Below are positions 10,804-20,150 of a DNA stretch of 32,000 bases, piece after piece (positions within the stretch are counted from its first letter, which is position 1; each line of letters begins with the position of its first letter). The notes beneath the pieces were generated by a model that had not been told where the DNA came from, searched no databases, and was given only the letters and a program-made list of their open reading frames with translations. The DNA comes from Corynebacterium glutamicum ATCC 13032 (GTDB lineage Bacteria; Actinomycetota; Actinomycetes; Mycobacteriales; Mycobacteriaceae), in the NCBI RefSeq assembly GCF_000011325.1, contig NC_003450.3:2670001-2702000 (forward strand), given 5' to 3'. The position numbers were made by a program, and so were the translations under genes.

Positions 10804-11137
10804 TTACATGGTGAGTATTCCCAGGATGGCAGTTCTTCAGCCACCACATGTAGCGATCCTTTGCTCCACCAAACTCTAGATACGTAATTACATTCATGTC
10901 ATTTACGCAGTTCGCCACCCCACCCAAGGGGTGTCCGTTACAGAATCGTTACATTAATGACGTCGCATTACAACCCAAAACACTCCCCTACCCAGACCGA
11001 GCCACAACGCACCCAACACCACAAAAAGTAGGTCCGTCACATCGCCCCCATCAATCAAAAGCGCAGATATTAGACCGCCACGGCAAGAGTCAGACAGTAT
11101 CTAGAACAAATATTCGCAATACTCACTTTCGCATGCA

Positions 11138-11187
11138 TAAAAACAACCAGGCACCGAACCCTCCACAAGGGAGGAGACGATGCCTGG
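11138..11187 (-). terminator. Intrinsic terminator downstream of the L36 gene
   Basis: A long hairpin with outer arms CCAGGCA/TGCCTGG and inner arms CCTCC/GGAGG spans 11147-11187. On the minus strand it is followed by TTGTTTTTA. Confidence 0.7.
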
Positions 11188-11220
11188 CTATTTGTATAAA
11201 CCGGAAGTTAATCGAAAAGA

Positions 11221-11343
11221 TTAACCCTGGCGAGCCTTGAAACGTGGCTCTTTCTTGTTGATCACGTAGACTTTGCCACGGCGACGCACGACCTGGGCGC
11301 CCGGCTTGTTCTTCAGCGACCGAAGGGAATTGCGTACCTTCAT
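11221..11343 (-). CDS. rpmJ: Ribosomal protein L36, Cys-less (YkgO-like, type B) form
   Basis: Too short for the ORF track. My translation is [40 protein letters not shown] (40 aa). AAGGAG sits 7 nt upstream of the ATG, and a terminator follows. Confidence 0.9.
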
Positions 11344-11546
11344 TCGGGCGCTCCTTTCTCTCATGCGCTATATAAGGCTATTTTTCAGCGGTTAGATGGA
11401 CAAATAAACACGTACGTCTAACCAGCTATGACACGAGGAACTATCTTAACCGACTCCAGCACTAAACTCCAAACCCTTGGCCCGCACCGCCAAAGTTTAG
11501 CGCGCCCCAAGACACCACCGCGCCATGTTTGCCTAGGATTAGGTAC

Positions 11547-12380
11547 ATGACAAACACTCAAACCGAGATCATTAATGAACTAAAGGTGAGCCCAGCAATC
11601 GACGTGGCCAAGGAAGTTGAATTCCGTGTGCAGTTCCTCGTCGATTACCTGCGGGCTTCCCATACAAAAGGCTTTGTTCTTGGTATTTCAGGTGGCCAGG
11701 ATTCCACTCTTGCGGGACGACTCACGCAGCTGGCAGTAGAGCGCATTCGTGCGGAAGAAAACAGCACGGATTATGTCTTCTACGCAGTTCGCCTCCCCTA
11801 CGCGATCCAGGCAGATGAGGACGATGCGCAAGTTGCATTGGAATTCATCGCACCTGACAAGAGCGTGACCGTCAACGTTAAAGACGCAACGGACGCCACC
11901 GAAGCAACTGTTGCAGCTGCTTTGGAACTTCCTGAGCTGACCGACTTCAATCGGGGCAATATTAAAGCTCGCCAACGCATGGTTGCCCAGTACGCAATCG
12001 CAGGCCAGTTGGGCTTGCTGGTTATTGGCACTGATCACGCGGCTGAAAACGTCACGGGGTTCTTCACCAAATTCGGTGATGGCGCAGCTGACCTGCTTCC
12101 TTTGGCAGGTTTGAGCAAGCGTCAAGGAGCTGCCATTCTGGAGCACCTGGGTGCACCTTCAAGCACGTGGACCAAGGTTCCTACCGCTGATTTGGAAGAG
12201 GATCGCCCAGCGTTGCCAGATGAGGAAGCACTTGGTGTGTCGTATGCGGACATCGATAATTACCTGGAAAACAAGCCCGATGTCAGTGAAAAAGCCCAGC
12301 AGCGCATTGAGCACCTGTGGAAGGTGGGCCAGCACAAGCGCCACCTCCCTGCTACCCCGCAGGAAAATTGGTGGCGTTAA
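11547..12380 (+). CDS. nadE: NH3-dependent NAD+ synthetase
   Basis: PP-loop ATP pyrophosphatase motif GISGGQDST and the NadE family layout. I prefer the ATG at 11547 (MTNTQTEII, 277 aa) over the TTG at 11529. Confidence 0.92.
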   Translation: MTNTQTEIINELKVSPAIDVAKEVEFRVQFLVDYLRASHTKGFVLGISGGQDSTLAGRLTQLAVERIRAEENSTDYVFYAVRLPYAIQADEDDAQVALEFIAPDKSVTVNVKDATDATEATVAAALELPELTDFNRGNIKARQRMVAQYAIAGQLGLLVIGTDHAAENVTGFFTKFGDGAADLLPLAGLSKRQGAAILEHLGAPSSTWTKVPTADLEEDRPALPDEEALGVSYADIDNYLENKPDVSEKAQQRIEHLWKVGQHKRHLPATPQENWWR

Positions 12381-13126
12381 TCCAACAGTTTGAGTGTCGC
12401 TTTGGCGGCGTGGAGTAGTTCCACGCCGTAGCTTGGCCCATGAGACGCCGCATGTACGGCCAAAGGGTGGAGTTGGTGCATGGGGGTGCGTTCACGCCAC
12501 CCGTCTGGCAGCGGGTTGATAGACAGATAACCTTCCCGGATTTCATCGAGATAGGGTGCGCCAAATACATCAAGCATCGCGAGATCAGTTTCGGGATGAC
12601 CGCCGTGAGCTGCGGGGTCAATAAACACAGGCCCGTCTGTGCCAAAAAGTAGGTTGCCAAACCACAAGTCGCCGTGGATTCTGGCGGGGGGAACGTCATC
12701 GGGAAGTTCGCTAATCAAATCACAAGCGGCTTCCACGACCCAGAGTGCGTGCTCGGTGAGGTGATTTCGCCTGCGTGCCCGGCGCGCAAACGGGAGTACG
12801 CGTTGCTGGGAGTAAAAAACACCCCAGGTGGGCGTCGATAAGCATGCTTGTCCCTGGGTGCCGATGTAGTTTAACCCCGCCCAGCCCGCTGGTGGACAGC
12901 CGAACGCTGGGGCGCCGGCAAGGTGGATGCGGGCGAGCTCTTCGCCGGCCTTGAAGGCCGCATCGGGTGTGGGCAATTGCGTTTCGACGCCAACAGTCGT
13001 GATCTGCTCTGCGTCGGCGCTAACAACCTGTGCCACAGCTGAAGATGCTTCGGCGAGCCAGCGTAGACCTGCGGCTTCCGCCAAGGCTGCTTGGGGTTGT
13101 GCGGGGCGTTTAGTGAAATGTGGCAA
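12377..13126 (-). CDS. Fructosamine/ketosamine-3-kinase family protein
   Basis: 249 aa with the kinase-like catalytic motif [11 protein letters not shown] and the DPA..G motif of the family. The TTG start lies 2 nt after the upstream stop, so it is probably co-transcribed. Confidence 0.85.
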   Translation of the reverse strand: MPHFTKRPAQPQAALAEAAGLRWLAEASSAVAQVVSADAEQITTVGVETQLPTPDAAFKAGEELARIHLAGAPAFGCPPAGWAGLNYIGTQGQACLSTPTWGVFYSQQRVLPFARRARRRNHLTEHALWVVEAACDLISELPDDVPPARIHGDLWFGNLLFGTDGPVFIDPAAHGGHPETDLAMLDVFGAPYLDEIREGYLSINPLPDGWRERTPMHQLHPLAVHAASHGPSYGVELLHAAKATLKLLD

Positions 13127-13128
13127 AG

Positions 13129-13542
13129 CTAGTAGCGCTCAGGCTCCTCGCCGAGGGTGAACTCACGGCCAGTGATTTCATTCGGAACAATACGGACATA
13201 GTTGTACTTCAGGGTTGGAATCCAAGGCTTCAACTCCAAAGTGTCGGCGTAGGCGATCTCATCCAGCTTGCGCACAATCTCTGCGGTCGCACGAACCACC
13301 ACGGACCAGGCCTTTCCGTCCTTGACCTCATCGGCTTCAAAGAGCACATCGTGGTTGAGATTCATGCTGAACAACTTGTTGCCCTCAGCTGTACGAATGT
13401 AAATTGCGCCCTTATCCACAATGAAGTTCACCGGGAAAATGTCCATCTCATCGCTGCGACGAACCACCACGCGACCAAGAGACACCGACTGCAGGCGCTC
13501 CAAAGCTTCCTGCTCATTGAGGATGTTGACTGGATTGTCCAT
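13129..13542 (-). CDS. Pyridoxamine 5'-phosphate oxidase-like (split-barrel flavin-binding) family protein
   Basis: Family-typical N-terminus (L..EEAL..L....LGRV......D..PVNF..D...IY.RTA.G.K). I prefer the ATG at 13542, which has GGAG 6 nt upstream, over the GTG at 13560. Confidence 0.75.
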   Translation of the reverse strand: MDNPVNILNEQEALERLQSVSLGRVVVRRSDEMDIFPVNFIVDKGAIYIRTAEGNKLFSMNLNHDVLFEADEVKDGKAWSVVVRATAEIVRKLDEIAYADTLELKPWIPTLKYNYVRIVPNEITGREFTLGEEPERY

Positions 13543-13624
13543 AGTTATCTCCACTCCCACAAACTAAAGAAAAAAAGAATATCCGGTACTAACCAGTCTA
13601 GCCCTCAATTACGCGCTTGACCTG

Positions 13625-14647
13625 CTAATGAACACGCACCGCGGTACGTCCGTGAAGCTTGCCAGCCATCAAATCTTCGCCAGCTTGAGCAACATCCTTG
13701 ACATCAATCACAGTGGTCATATCATCTAGCACCGCGGTATCAAGATGCTCGGACAGCAACGCCCACGCACGTCGACGCAGCTCACGGGGTGCATCGACAG
13801 AGTTAATGCCAACCAAATGCACGCCACGAAGAATAAACGGCAACACCGTTCCCGGCAGATCCGGCCCCTGAGCCATGCCACACGCCGTGACAATTCCGCC
13901 CCATTTTGTCTGAGCAATCGCATTGACAAGTGTGTGGGATCCCACTGAATCCACTACACCCGCCCAACGCCCCTTCTGCAGCGGCCGGCCCTTTTCAGAA
14001 AGCTCCGCGCGATCAATGATGTCGCTTGCGCCCAGGCTGGTCAGGTATTCGGCATGCGCTTCTCGACGCCCCGTCACCGCGACCGTCGTATATCCCAACT
14101 TATTCAGCAGGTGAAGTGCAATCGAACCCACACCACCAGTCGAACCAGTTACCAGAATCTCCCCATCCTCCGGTTTGATACCTTGATCGACCAGAGCATT
14201 CACCGATAGCGCAGCCGTGAAACCTGCAGTACCCAACGCACCCACCTGCTGCGCGGAGAAGTTAAATGGAATATGCAGCAACGGTTCAGACGGCACTTTC
14301 AGCCGCTGCGTGAAACCTCCATGCCGGTTCTCCCCCAAACCAGCGCCATTCAGCACCACTTCATCACCACGACCAAAGCGAGGATCAGCGCTCTCGATCA
14401 CAGTGCCCACCACATCGATACCTGGAATCAGTGGCACAGTACGCACCACTCCCTTATCACCCTTCAGAGCCATTGCGTCCTTGTAATTCAAGCTGGACCA
14501 ACCAACCTCAATTAGAACGTCACCTTCCCCCAAAAATGATGGATCAGAGAACGTGTCCTGGTAGGAGGTGGTGAAATTTCCATCCTCATCCTGGCTGAGA
14601 ACAACACTATTGATTGGACCTTCAGAAAATATGTGAGCTGGAGTCAT
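13625..14647 (-). CDS. MDR-superfamily NADPH-dependent oxidoreductase (YhdH/AcuI acrylyl-CoA reductase-like)
   Basis: Quinone oxidoreductase fold with the cofactor motif VTGSTGGVGS. The first 43 codons of the track ORF look non-coding. I prefer the ATG at 14647 (MTPAHIF). Confidence 0.82.
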   Translation of the reverse strand: MTPAHIFSEGPINSVVLSQDEDGNFTTSYQDTFSDPSFLGEGDVLIEVGWSSLNYKDAMALKGDKGVVRTVPLIPGIDVVGTVIESADPRFGRGDEVVLNGAGLGENRHGGFTQRLKVPSEPLLHIPFNFSAQQVGALGTAGFTAALSVNALVDQGIKPEDGEILVTGSTGGVGSIALHLLNKLGYTTVAVTGRREAHAEYLTSLGASDIIDRAELSEKGRPLQKGRWAGVVDSVGSHTLVNAIAQTKWGGIVTACGMAQGPDLPGTVLPFILRGVHLVGINSVDAPRELRRRAWALLSEHLDTAVLDDMTTVIDVKDVAQAGEDLMAGKLHGRTAVRVH

Positions 14648-14838
14648 AGCCCCCGAGTGTAATGAAAAATGTCCATCCGGGGCATGGAATTTGGGGTTTG
14701 GAATTTGGGGTGGAAGCTTCCGGAAGACAAGGTGCTTAATGGGAGGATTGGCACACATTTCCAACCCTCGACACACAGATAACCAAACACTAACAAAAAT
14801 CTTTTACACATAGAAGAGTTCTATGACTTGATCCACAA

Positions 14839-14854
14839 TGTGATGCAAATCATT
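14839..14854. promoter_or_regulatory. Candidate CRP/GlxR-type site
   Basis: TGTGATGCAAATCATT compared with TGTGA-N6-TCACA: the left half is perfect and the right half matches 3 of 5. It lies in the divergent promoter region between the oxidoreductase and the PrpD-family gene. Confidence 0.3.
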
Positions 14855-14877
14855 GACCCTCACCCCGGACCAAGCGC

Positions 14878-14896
14878 TTAATGAAGGCAAGCCAAA
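14878..14896. promoter_or_regulatory. Weak candidate DtxR box upstream of the PrpD-family gene
   Basis: TTAATGAAGGCAAGCCAAA matches TWAGGTWAGSCTWACCTWA at about 13 of 19 positions by my count. It ends 24 nt before the ATG at 14920. Confidence 0.3.
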
Positions 14897-14919
14897 CTTA
14901 ACTAGTAGATAGGATTGCA

Positions 14920-16293
14920 ATGACCGAATCGCAAGATCTCGCCGCATTCGTGGAAGCTGCCAAACTCAATGATGCAAGCCCCGAAGCCGTAGAGCAATTG
15001 AAAATCAGAGTGCTAGACACCGTAGGCGTTGCCATTGGCGCACTGGATGCCGAACCGATTGTCGCCATTCGAGGACTCCTGGAAGACCTCGGGGGAACCG
15101 AACAGTCAACACTTATTGGTGGTGGCAAAACCAGTCCGGAACGTGCAGCATTTTTCAACAGCGCATTAAGCCGCTACCTCGACTTCATGGACGCCTACCT
15201 AGCAAAGGGCGAAACCAACCACCCCTCGGATAACTTCGGAGCAGTGCTCGCTGCAGCCGAAAGCGTTGGCGCCTCTGGAAAAGACCTGCTCACCGCATTC
15301 GCCGTGGCCTACCAGGTACACACCAGACTTTCAGATGTCGCACCAGTTCGCGCCAAAGGTTTCGATCACACCACCCAAGGAGCATTCGCAGCGGGCGCAT
15401 CTGCTGCCAAGGCACTGGGTTTGCCAGCTGATCAAATCGCCAACGCACTGGCCATCGCAGGAACAGCCAATGTTGCACTTCGTGTCACTCGCACTGGAAA
15501 CTTGAGCCACTGGAAAGGCCTTGCCTACCCACACGTGTCCAAAGAAGGAACCTGGGCAGCACTGCTCGCAAGCCGAGGTATTACCGGTCCGGAAGAAGTC
15601 TTCGAAGGCAACAAGGGATTCAAAGAGTCCGTCTCCGGACCGTTCGAGATCGATTGGTCCAAGGAAGACTTGGAAAGCGTTAAGCGCACCATCATCAAGA
15701 AACACAACGCGGAAATTCACTCGCAGTCAGCGCTTGATGCAGCCCAAGAAATACGCGCACAAGAAGGCTTCAATGTGGACAACATTGAAAAGATTCACCT
15801 GACTACTTTCGACGTTGCCTACTCCATCATTGGCGGCGGCGAAGAAGGCGACAAACAGCTTATTCGCACCAAAGAAGAAGCCGATCACTCACTGCCGTGG
15901 ATGCTCGCTGTAGTTCTGCTGGATGGTCAGCTCAATCCCGAACAGTACGAACCATCACGCATCGTTGCTGATGATGTACAAACCTTGATGAAGAAAATCG
16001 AAATCACACCGTCAGATGAATTCTCTGATCGCTTCCCTGACCACATGCCAGCTGATCTAGAAGTCACACTAAACGATGGCTCGGTGTTCAAAGCTTCACA
16101 AGATAGCTACTTAGGCTTCCACGACAATCCCCTAGATTGGGACAACGCGCGCAAGAAATTCGATGCCCTTGTCACACCATTCACCGGTGAAGAACTACGT
16201 GAAGAAATCGCCACGATCATTCACGAGCTCGATAGCCGACAGGTTTCTGAACTCACAGAAGCCCTGGCCAAAGTCTCCACCACCCGCAGCTAA
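14920..16293 (+). CDS. MmgE/PrpD-family protein (2-methylcitrate dehydratase-like)
   Basis: 457 aa with full-length family resemblance (N-terminal helical domain with the SALSRYLDFMD and HPSD motifs). Substrate unknown. Confidence 0.88.
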   Translation: MTESQDLAAFVEAAKLNDASPEAVEQLKIRVLDTVGVAIGALDAEPIVAIRGLLEDLGGTEQSTLIGGGKTSPERAAFFNSALSRYLDFMDAYLAKGETNHPSDNFGAVLAAAESVGASGKDLLTAFAVAYQVHTRLSDVAPVRAKGFDHTTQGAFAAGASAAKALGLPADQIANALAIAGTANVALRVTRTGNLSHWKGLAYPHVSKEGTWAALLASRGITGPEEVFEGNKGFKESVSGPFEIDWSKEDLESVKRTIIKKHNAEIHSQSALDAAQEIRAQEGFNVDNIEKIHLTTFDVAYSIIGGGEEGDKQLIRTKEEADHSLPWMLAVVLLDGQLNPEQYEPSRIVADDVQTLMKKIEITPSDEFSDRFPDHMPADLEVTLNDGSVFKASQDSYLGFHDNPLDWDNARKKFDALVTPFTGEELREEIATIIHELDSRQVSELTEALAKVSTTRS

Positions 16294-16315
16294 AACTTTT
16301 TGAAAGGAGCTCATC

Positions 16316-17152
16316 ATGAGCAACGCAGTACCCCACAACGTTTCCTTCAACTTTGTTCCCCGCGCTTACCGTCCAGAAAAGCCCCGCACATTCGGCATGA
16401 CAGAAATTCGTGCACCGTACTACTCCACTTTCGGCACCCGACACCTCCAGGATGTCTTCGATGTTGCAGGCCAGTGGGTGGACGGCATCAAATGGGCAGG
16501 CGGTTCCTTCTCCCTGGTGCCGACCGAACAGGTGCGTGCTTTTAGCGACATCGCCCATGAAAACAATGCCTATGTGTCTTCCGGTGGCTGGATTGAAACT
16601 GTGCTTCGCTACGGCGACGACGCAGTTGATCATTACTTAAAGGAAGCCAAGGAAGTCGGCTTCGATGTTATTGAGATTTCCACCGGATTCATCATGCTCA
16701 ACACTTCAGGTCTTCAGCGCCTGGTAGAAAAAGTGGTCAAGGCAGGCCTCAAAGCAAAACCTGAACTAGGACTACAGATTGGTTCCGGAGGCGACTCTGG
16801 TGAGGCTGAACTTGCAGCCGAAGGAAAGAAAGACATTGGCGATCTGGTTGACCGCGGTAAAAAAGCTCTCGACGCCGGCGCATCCATCATCATGATCGAA
16901 TCCGAAGGCATCACCGAAAACGTCACCGAATGGGATACAGGCGCTGCCGCGTCCATCATCAATGGACTGGGATTAGAAAACGTCATGTTCGAAGCCGCCG
17001 ACGGCCCCGTCTTTGAGTGGTATGTCAAAAACTACGGCAACGAATGCAACCTGTTCGTCGACCACAGTCAAATTCTGCAACTTGAAGGGCTGCGCCAAAA
17101 CATCTGGGGCAACAAGAGCACCTGGGGACGAGTAATCAACCCTGCGCCTTAA
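16316..17152 (+). CDS. Phosphosulfolactate synthase (ComA)-like TIM-barrel protein
   Basis: 278 aa. The ComA family N-terminus (R.EKPR..G.TEIR.PYY...G...L.D....G..VD.IK.AGGS) is recognisable. GAAAGGAG sits 7 nt upstream of the ATG, and the gene starts 22 nt after the PrpD-family stop. Confidence 0.8.
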   Translation: MSNAVPHNVSFNFVPRAYRPEKPRTFGMTEIRAPYYSTFGTRHLQDVFDVAGQWVDGIKWAGGSFSLVPTEQVRAFSDIAHENNAYVSSGGWIETVLRYGDDAVDHYLKEAKEVGFDVIEISTGFIMLNTSGLQRLVEKVVKAGLKAKPELGLQIGSGGDSGEAELAAEGKKDIGDLVDRGKKALDAGASIIMIESEGITENVTEWDTGAAASIINGLGLENVMFEAADGPVFEWYVKNYGNECNLFVDHSQILQLEGLRQNIWGNKSTWGRVINPAP

Positions 17153-17193
17153 ATACCAGGTCAGGGAGGGCACGAGGCTACTTTCCAATGGAA

Positions 17194-17228
17194 AAAGCCG
17201 CTGATTTTTATCAGCGGCTTTATTTTTG
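17194..17228. terminator. Bidirectional intrinsic terminator (ComA-like gene on +, tRNA-Ala on -)
   Basis: AAAGCCGCTGAT (17194-17205) pairs with ATCAGCGGCTTT (17210-17221). An A-run precedes it and a T-run follows, so it reads as a hairpin plus U-tract on both strands. Confidence 0.8.
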
Positions 17229-17301
17229 TGGAGCTAACGGGATTCGAACCCGTGACCCCCACACTGCCAGTGTGGTGCGCTACCAGCTGCGCCATAGCCC
17301 C
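17229..17301 (-). tRNA. tRNA-Ala (anticodon GGC)
   Basis: I folded a 73-nt cloverleaf by hand: acceptor GGGGCTA/TAGCTCC with the G3:U70 alanine identity pair, D arm GCGC/GCGC, anticodon stem CCACA/TGTGG with loop CTGGCAG, and T arm ACGGG-TTCGAAT-CCCGT. CCA is not encoded. Confidence 0.92.
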
Positions 17302-17371
17302 GTTTTTCAACTCCTGTTACTCTAGCCGAGCGATGTTCAAATAACCAAATCGCCCACATCGATACACGAAT

Positions 17372-17424
17372 TAAAGCAAAAATCCCCCTGACCACCCACA
17401 ATATGTGGACGATCAGGGGGATTT
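17372..17424 (-). terminator. Intrinsic terminator downstream of the DsbA-like gene
   Basis: AAATCCCCCTGA (17380-17391) pairs with TCAGGGGGATTT (17413-17424), with an inner CCACA/TGTGG stem. On the minus strand it is followed by TTGCTTT. Confidence 0.7.
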
Positions 17425-17446
17425 ATTTTCCTTCTAGATCAGTTCT

Positions 17447-18241
17447 TTAAGAAGCTAGAACAGTGGTGATCCAGTCGGAGATGTTGCCTTCAACATCCTT
17501 GCCGTCCTGGAGGACGCGTGGTGAGGACAGGCTGCCGGTTTCTTCAGTGAGTTCTTCACCGTTTGCGGTTGCCAGGTCGTATGCGCGCTGGATGTTGTCG
17601 CCGTTTCGGATTGCGTCTACTACGGAGGAGTCTGCGCCAAGGGCTTCAACGCCGTCTGCGAAGTCATCATCGGACCACTGGTTGTAGATCTCGGACTGAT
17701 CTTCCATGAGGAATGCGCGGAAGTTCCAGTAGAGGGTTGCGTCGTTGGAGTCTGCCACTGCAAGGGCTGCTGCCAATGCGTGGGTGGAGTGGCCGTCGAT
17801 GTTTTCGCGGTCAAGGAAGTTCAGTGGCTTGATTTCGACGACCAGGTTGCCGTCTTCGATCTGAGTCTTCATGTCAGCGTCGGTGGCGAGGGAGAGCTCG
17901 GAGCAGTGAGAGCAGGAGAAGTCTTCAAAAAGCTGCACGGACTTTGCGTCGGCGGAGGTGTTTGCGGAGGTCAGCGTGATGGAGTCGGAGCCTACTTCCA
18001 TTGCCAAAGAGGTGTCTTCGTAGTCGCGGTCACCAAGCTTGGCTGCTTTTGAGCCCTGGCCTTGGATGACGATGAAGCCGACGACGACGATTGCAACGAC
18101 GACGATCGCCACCATTGCCCAGAGGAAGTTCTTGCTTCCACCTTGGTTCGGATTCTGAACTTTGTTGCTCACTTGTTGCCTTACTTTGATCTGTTTTGTT
18201 TTCTTGAATTCTCGCAGGGGGCGATCATTCCAAAAATCCAA
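17447..18241 (-). CDS. Membrane-anchored DsbA-like thiol:disulfide oxidoreductase
   Basis: Thioredoxin-fold protein with a CSHC active site (FEDFSCSHCSEL) after one N-terminal TM helix (LWAMVAIVVVAIVVVGFIVI). The start is uncertain: the track uses TTG at 18241, and GTG at 18172 has GTAAGG 5 nt upstream. Confidence 0.8.
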   Translation of the reverse strand: MDFWNDRPLREFKKTKQIKVRQQVSNKVQNPNQGGSKNFLWAMVAIVVVAIVVVGFIVIQGQGSKAAKLGDRDYEDTSLAMEVGSDSITLTSANTSADAKSVQLFEDFSCSHCSELSLATDADMKTQIEDGNLVVEIKPLNFLDRENIDGHSTHALAAALAVADSNDATLYWNFRAFLMEDQSEIYNQWSDDDFADGVEALGADSSVVDAIRNGDNIQRAYDLATANGEELTEETGSLSSPRVLQDGKDVEGNISDWITTVLAS

Positions 18242-18336
18242 CGCTACCTACCGTTGTGTGCAGCATCGGCTACTTCTTCGACCTTAAACCATGTGCACTT
18301 TATTTGACACGTCCACTAGTTGCGCGAGACGAGATT

Positions 18337-18362
18337 CACAGGAGATCTTTCTATCTCCTGTG
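18337..18362 (-). terminator. Perfect 10-bp hairpin downstream of pgm (no U-tract)
   Basis: CACAGGAGAT (18337-18346) pairs with ATCTCCTGTG (18353-18362). It lies 25 nt after the pgm stop. It lacks a T-run, so its terminator function is uncertain. Confidence 0.45.
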
Positions 18363-18386
18363 AAACTTGTCAGCAAGTCCGCAGTT

Positions 18387-20051
18387 TTACTGTCCGAGTA
18401 CTTCGCTGACCAACGCTTGGGCTTCCTTCTGAACCTGGGCGAGGTGCTCTTCGCCCTTGAAGGATTCTGCGTAGATCTTGTACTTGTCTTCGGTGCCGGA
18501 TGGGCGTGCTGCGAACCAGGCGTTTTCGGTGGTCACTTTTAGTCCTCCGATGGCTGCGCCATTGCCGGGAGCTTCGGTGAGCTTAGCGGTGATTGCTTCG
18601 CCGGCTAGTTCGGTGGCGGTGACCTGTTCTGGGGACAGTGCCTTCAGGATGGCCTTTTGTTCTCGGTTGGCTTCTGCATCGGTGCGGGCGTAGGCAGGTG
18701 CACCGAATTCTTCGGCGAGTTCTGCGTAGCGCTGTGATGGGGTCTTGCCGGTTACTGCAATGATCTCAGCTGCCAGGAGGTCAAGGATGAGGCCGTCCTT
18801 GTCGGTGGACCAGGTGGTGCCGTCCATGCGGAGGAAGGATGCACCTGCGGATTCTTCACCACCGAATCCGATTTCGCCGGAGATCAAACCTGGGACAAAC
18901 CACTTGAATCCGACTGGAACCTCAACGAGGGTGCGGCCAAGCTGCGCCACAACGCGGTCGATCATGGAGGAGCTGACCAGGGTTTTGCCCACTGCGGTAT
19001 CTGCGGACCAACCTGGGCGGTGAGCAAAGAGGTACTCAATTGCTACTGCGAGGTAGTGGTTGGGGTTCATCAAGCCAGCGTCTGGGGTGACGATGCCGTG
19101 GCGGTCGGCGTCGGCGTCGTTGCCGGTTGCCACATCGAACTTGTCTCGGTTGTCAATCAGCGATGCCATTGCGTGTGGGCTGGAGCAGTCCATGCGGATC
19201 TTGCCGTCGGTGTCCAATGTCATGAAGCGGAAGGTGGAATCAACGTGTGGGTTGACCACGGTGAGGTTGAGGCCATGGGTTTCTGCGATGGCACCCCAGT
19301 AATCCACGGATGCGCCACCCATTGGGTCTGCGCCGATTCGAACACCAGCTTCGCGGATGGCATCGATGTTGACCACGTTTGGCAGGTCAGCGATGTAAAT
19401 GCCCTTGAAGTCGTAGGCAGTGGTGCGCTCGTCGAGGACACCGGAAACTGGAACTCGCTTCACGTCTGCAAGGTCGCCGCGCAGAATATCGTTGGCGCGG
19501 TTGGCGATCCAGTCGGTGGCGTCGGTATCTGCAGGGCCACCGTTGGCTGGGTTGTATTTGAATCCGCCATCACGAGGAGGGTTGTGGGATGGGGTGATCA
19601 CGATGCCGTCGGCGTAGGGGCGGGAGGGTCCTGCGGTGCCAAGGATGATGCCATCGTTGTGTCGTAGGATCGCGTGGGACACTGCGGGCGTCGGGGTGTA
19701 GCGGCCGTCGGCGTCGACAAGCACTTCGACGTCGTTGGCAATGAGGACCTCAAGCGCGCTGATCATCGCTGGTTCGGACAGCGCGTGCGTATCGCGGCCG
19801 ATAAACAGCGGGCCGACCCAGTTTTTTGGCTGCTGGTTGCGGTAGTCGACGATCGCCTGGGTGGTTGCCAGGATGTGGTCCTCGTTGAAAGCGCTGTCCA
19901 GCGCGGAGCCACGGTGTCCGGAGGTGCCGAAAGCGACCTGCTGATCAGGGTTGTTCACGTCCGGCTTGCGGGTGAAATATGCGGTGACCAGTTCCGCAAC
20001 ATCGATGAGATCTTCTGGTTGGGCGAGTTGCCCGGCGCGTTCATGTGCCAT
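18387..20051 (-). CDS. pgm: Phosphoglucomutase (alpha-D-glucose-phosphate specific)
   Basis: 554 aa with the phosphoserine loop [19 protein letters not shown], the Mg site DADADRHG and the sugar-binding loop GGEESAG. Confidence 0.96.
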   Translation of the reverse strand: MAHERAGQLAQPEDLIDVAELVTAYFTRKPDVNNPDQQVAFGTSGHRGSALDSAFNEDHILATTQAIVDYRNQQPKNWVGPLFIGRDTHALSEPAMISALEVLIANDVEVLVDADGRYTPTPAVSHAILRHNDGIILGTAGPSRPYADGIVITPSHNPPRDGGFKYNPANGGPADTDATDWIANRANDILRGDLADVKRVPVSGVLDERTTAYDFKGIYIADLPNVVNIDAIREAGVRIGADPMGGASVDYWGAIAETHGLNLTVVNPHVDSTFRFMTLDTDGKIRMDCSSPHAMASLIDNRDKFDVATGNDADADRHGIVTPDAGLMNPNHYLAVAIEYLFAHRPGWSADTAVGKTLVSSSMIDRVVAQLGRTLVEVPVGFKWFVPGLISGEIGFGGEESAGASFLRMDGTTWSTDKDGLILDLLAAEIIAVTGKTPSQRYAELAEEFGAPAYARTDAEANREQKAILKALSPEQVTATELAGEAITAKLTEAPGNGAAIGGLKVTTENAWFAARPSGTEDKYKIYAESFKGEEHLAQVQKEAQALVSEVLGQ

Positions 20052-20150
20052 GTTTGCTCCTTAAAACACCAATACTTTCTCTTCATCTTCCCCTCAAAAG
20101 CAATTGTGCGCACGAGATACGGCAAAATTCACGGAGTAGGGTGGCTTAAC

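Noticed and set aside
10896-11240. 114-aa + strand ORF between nrdH and the L36 gene
   Set aside because: The sequence is P/H/Q/T-rich and low-complexity, has no RBS, and runs through the L36 terminator hairpin into the L36 gene on the opposite strand.
11344-11528. Zur box upstream of the Cys-less L36 gene
   Set aside because: No AT-rich palindrome resembling the actinobacterial Zur operator was seen by eye. I left this as an open check rather than a claim.
14648-14776. 43-codon N-terminal extension of the MDR oxidoreductase ORF
   Set aside because: The extension (MCRGLEMCANPPIKHLVFRKLPPQIPNPKF...) has no counterpart in the family and would give an atypically long protein. The internal ATG at 14647 gives the family-typical N-terminus.
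19674-20150. N-terminal 159 codons of track ORF 19674-20441
   Set aside because: This part is antisense to pgm and has no membrane character. The CrcB homology starts at the ATG at 20151.
20052-20150. Possible fluoride riboswitch upstream of the crcB pair
   Set aside because: I could not find the conserved crcB-motif elements (paired GGxGAUGG.. / ..CCGCC pseudoknot and the CUGAUGAUG-type core) on the + strand. Only a covariance-model scan could settle this.
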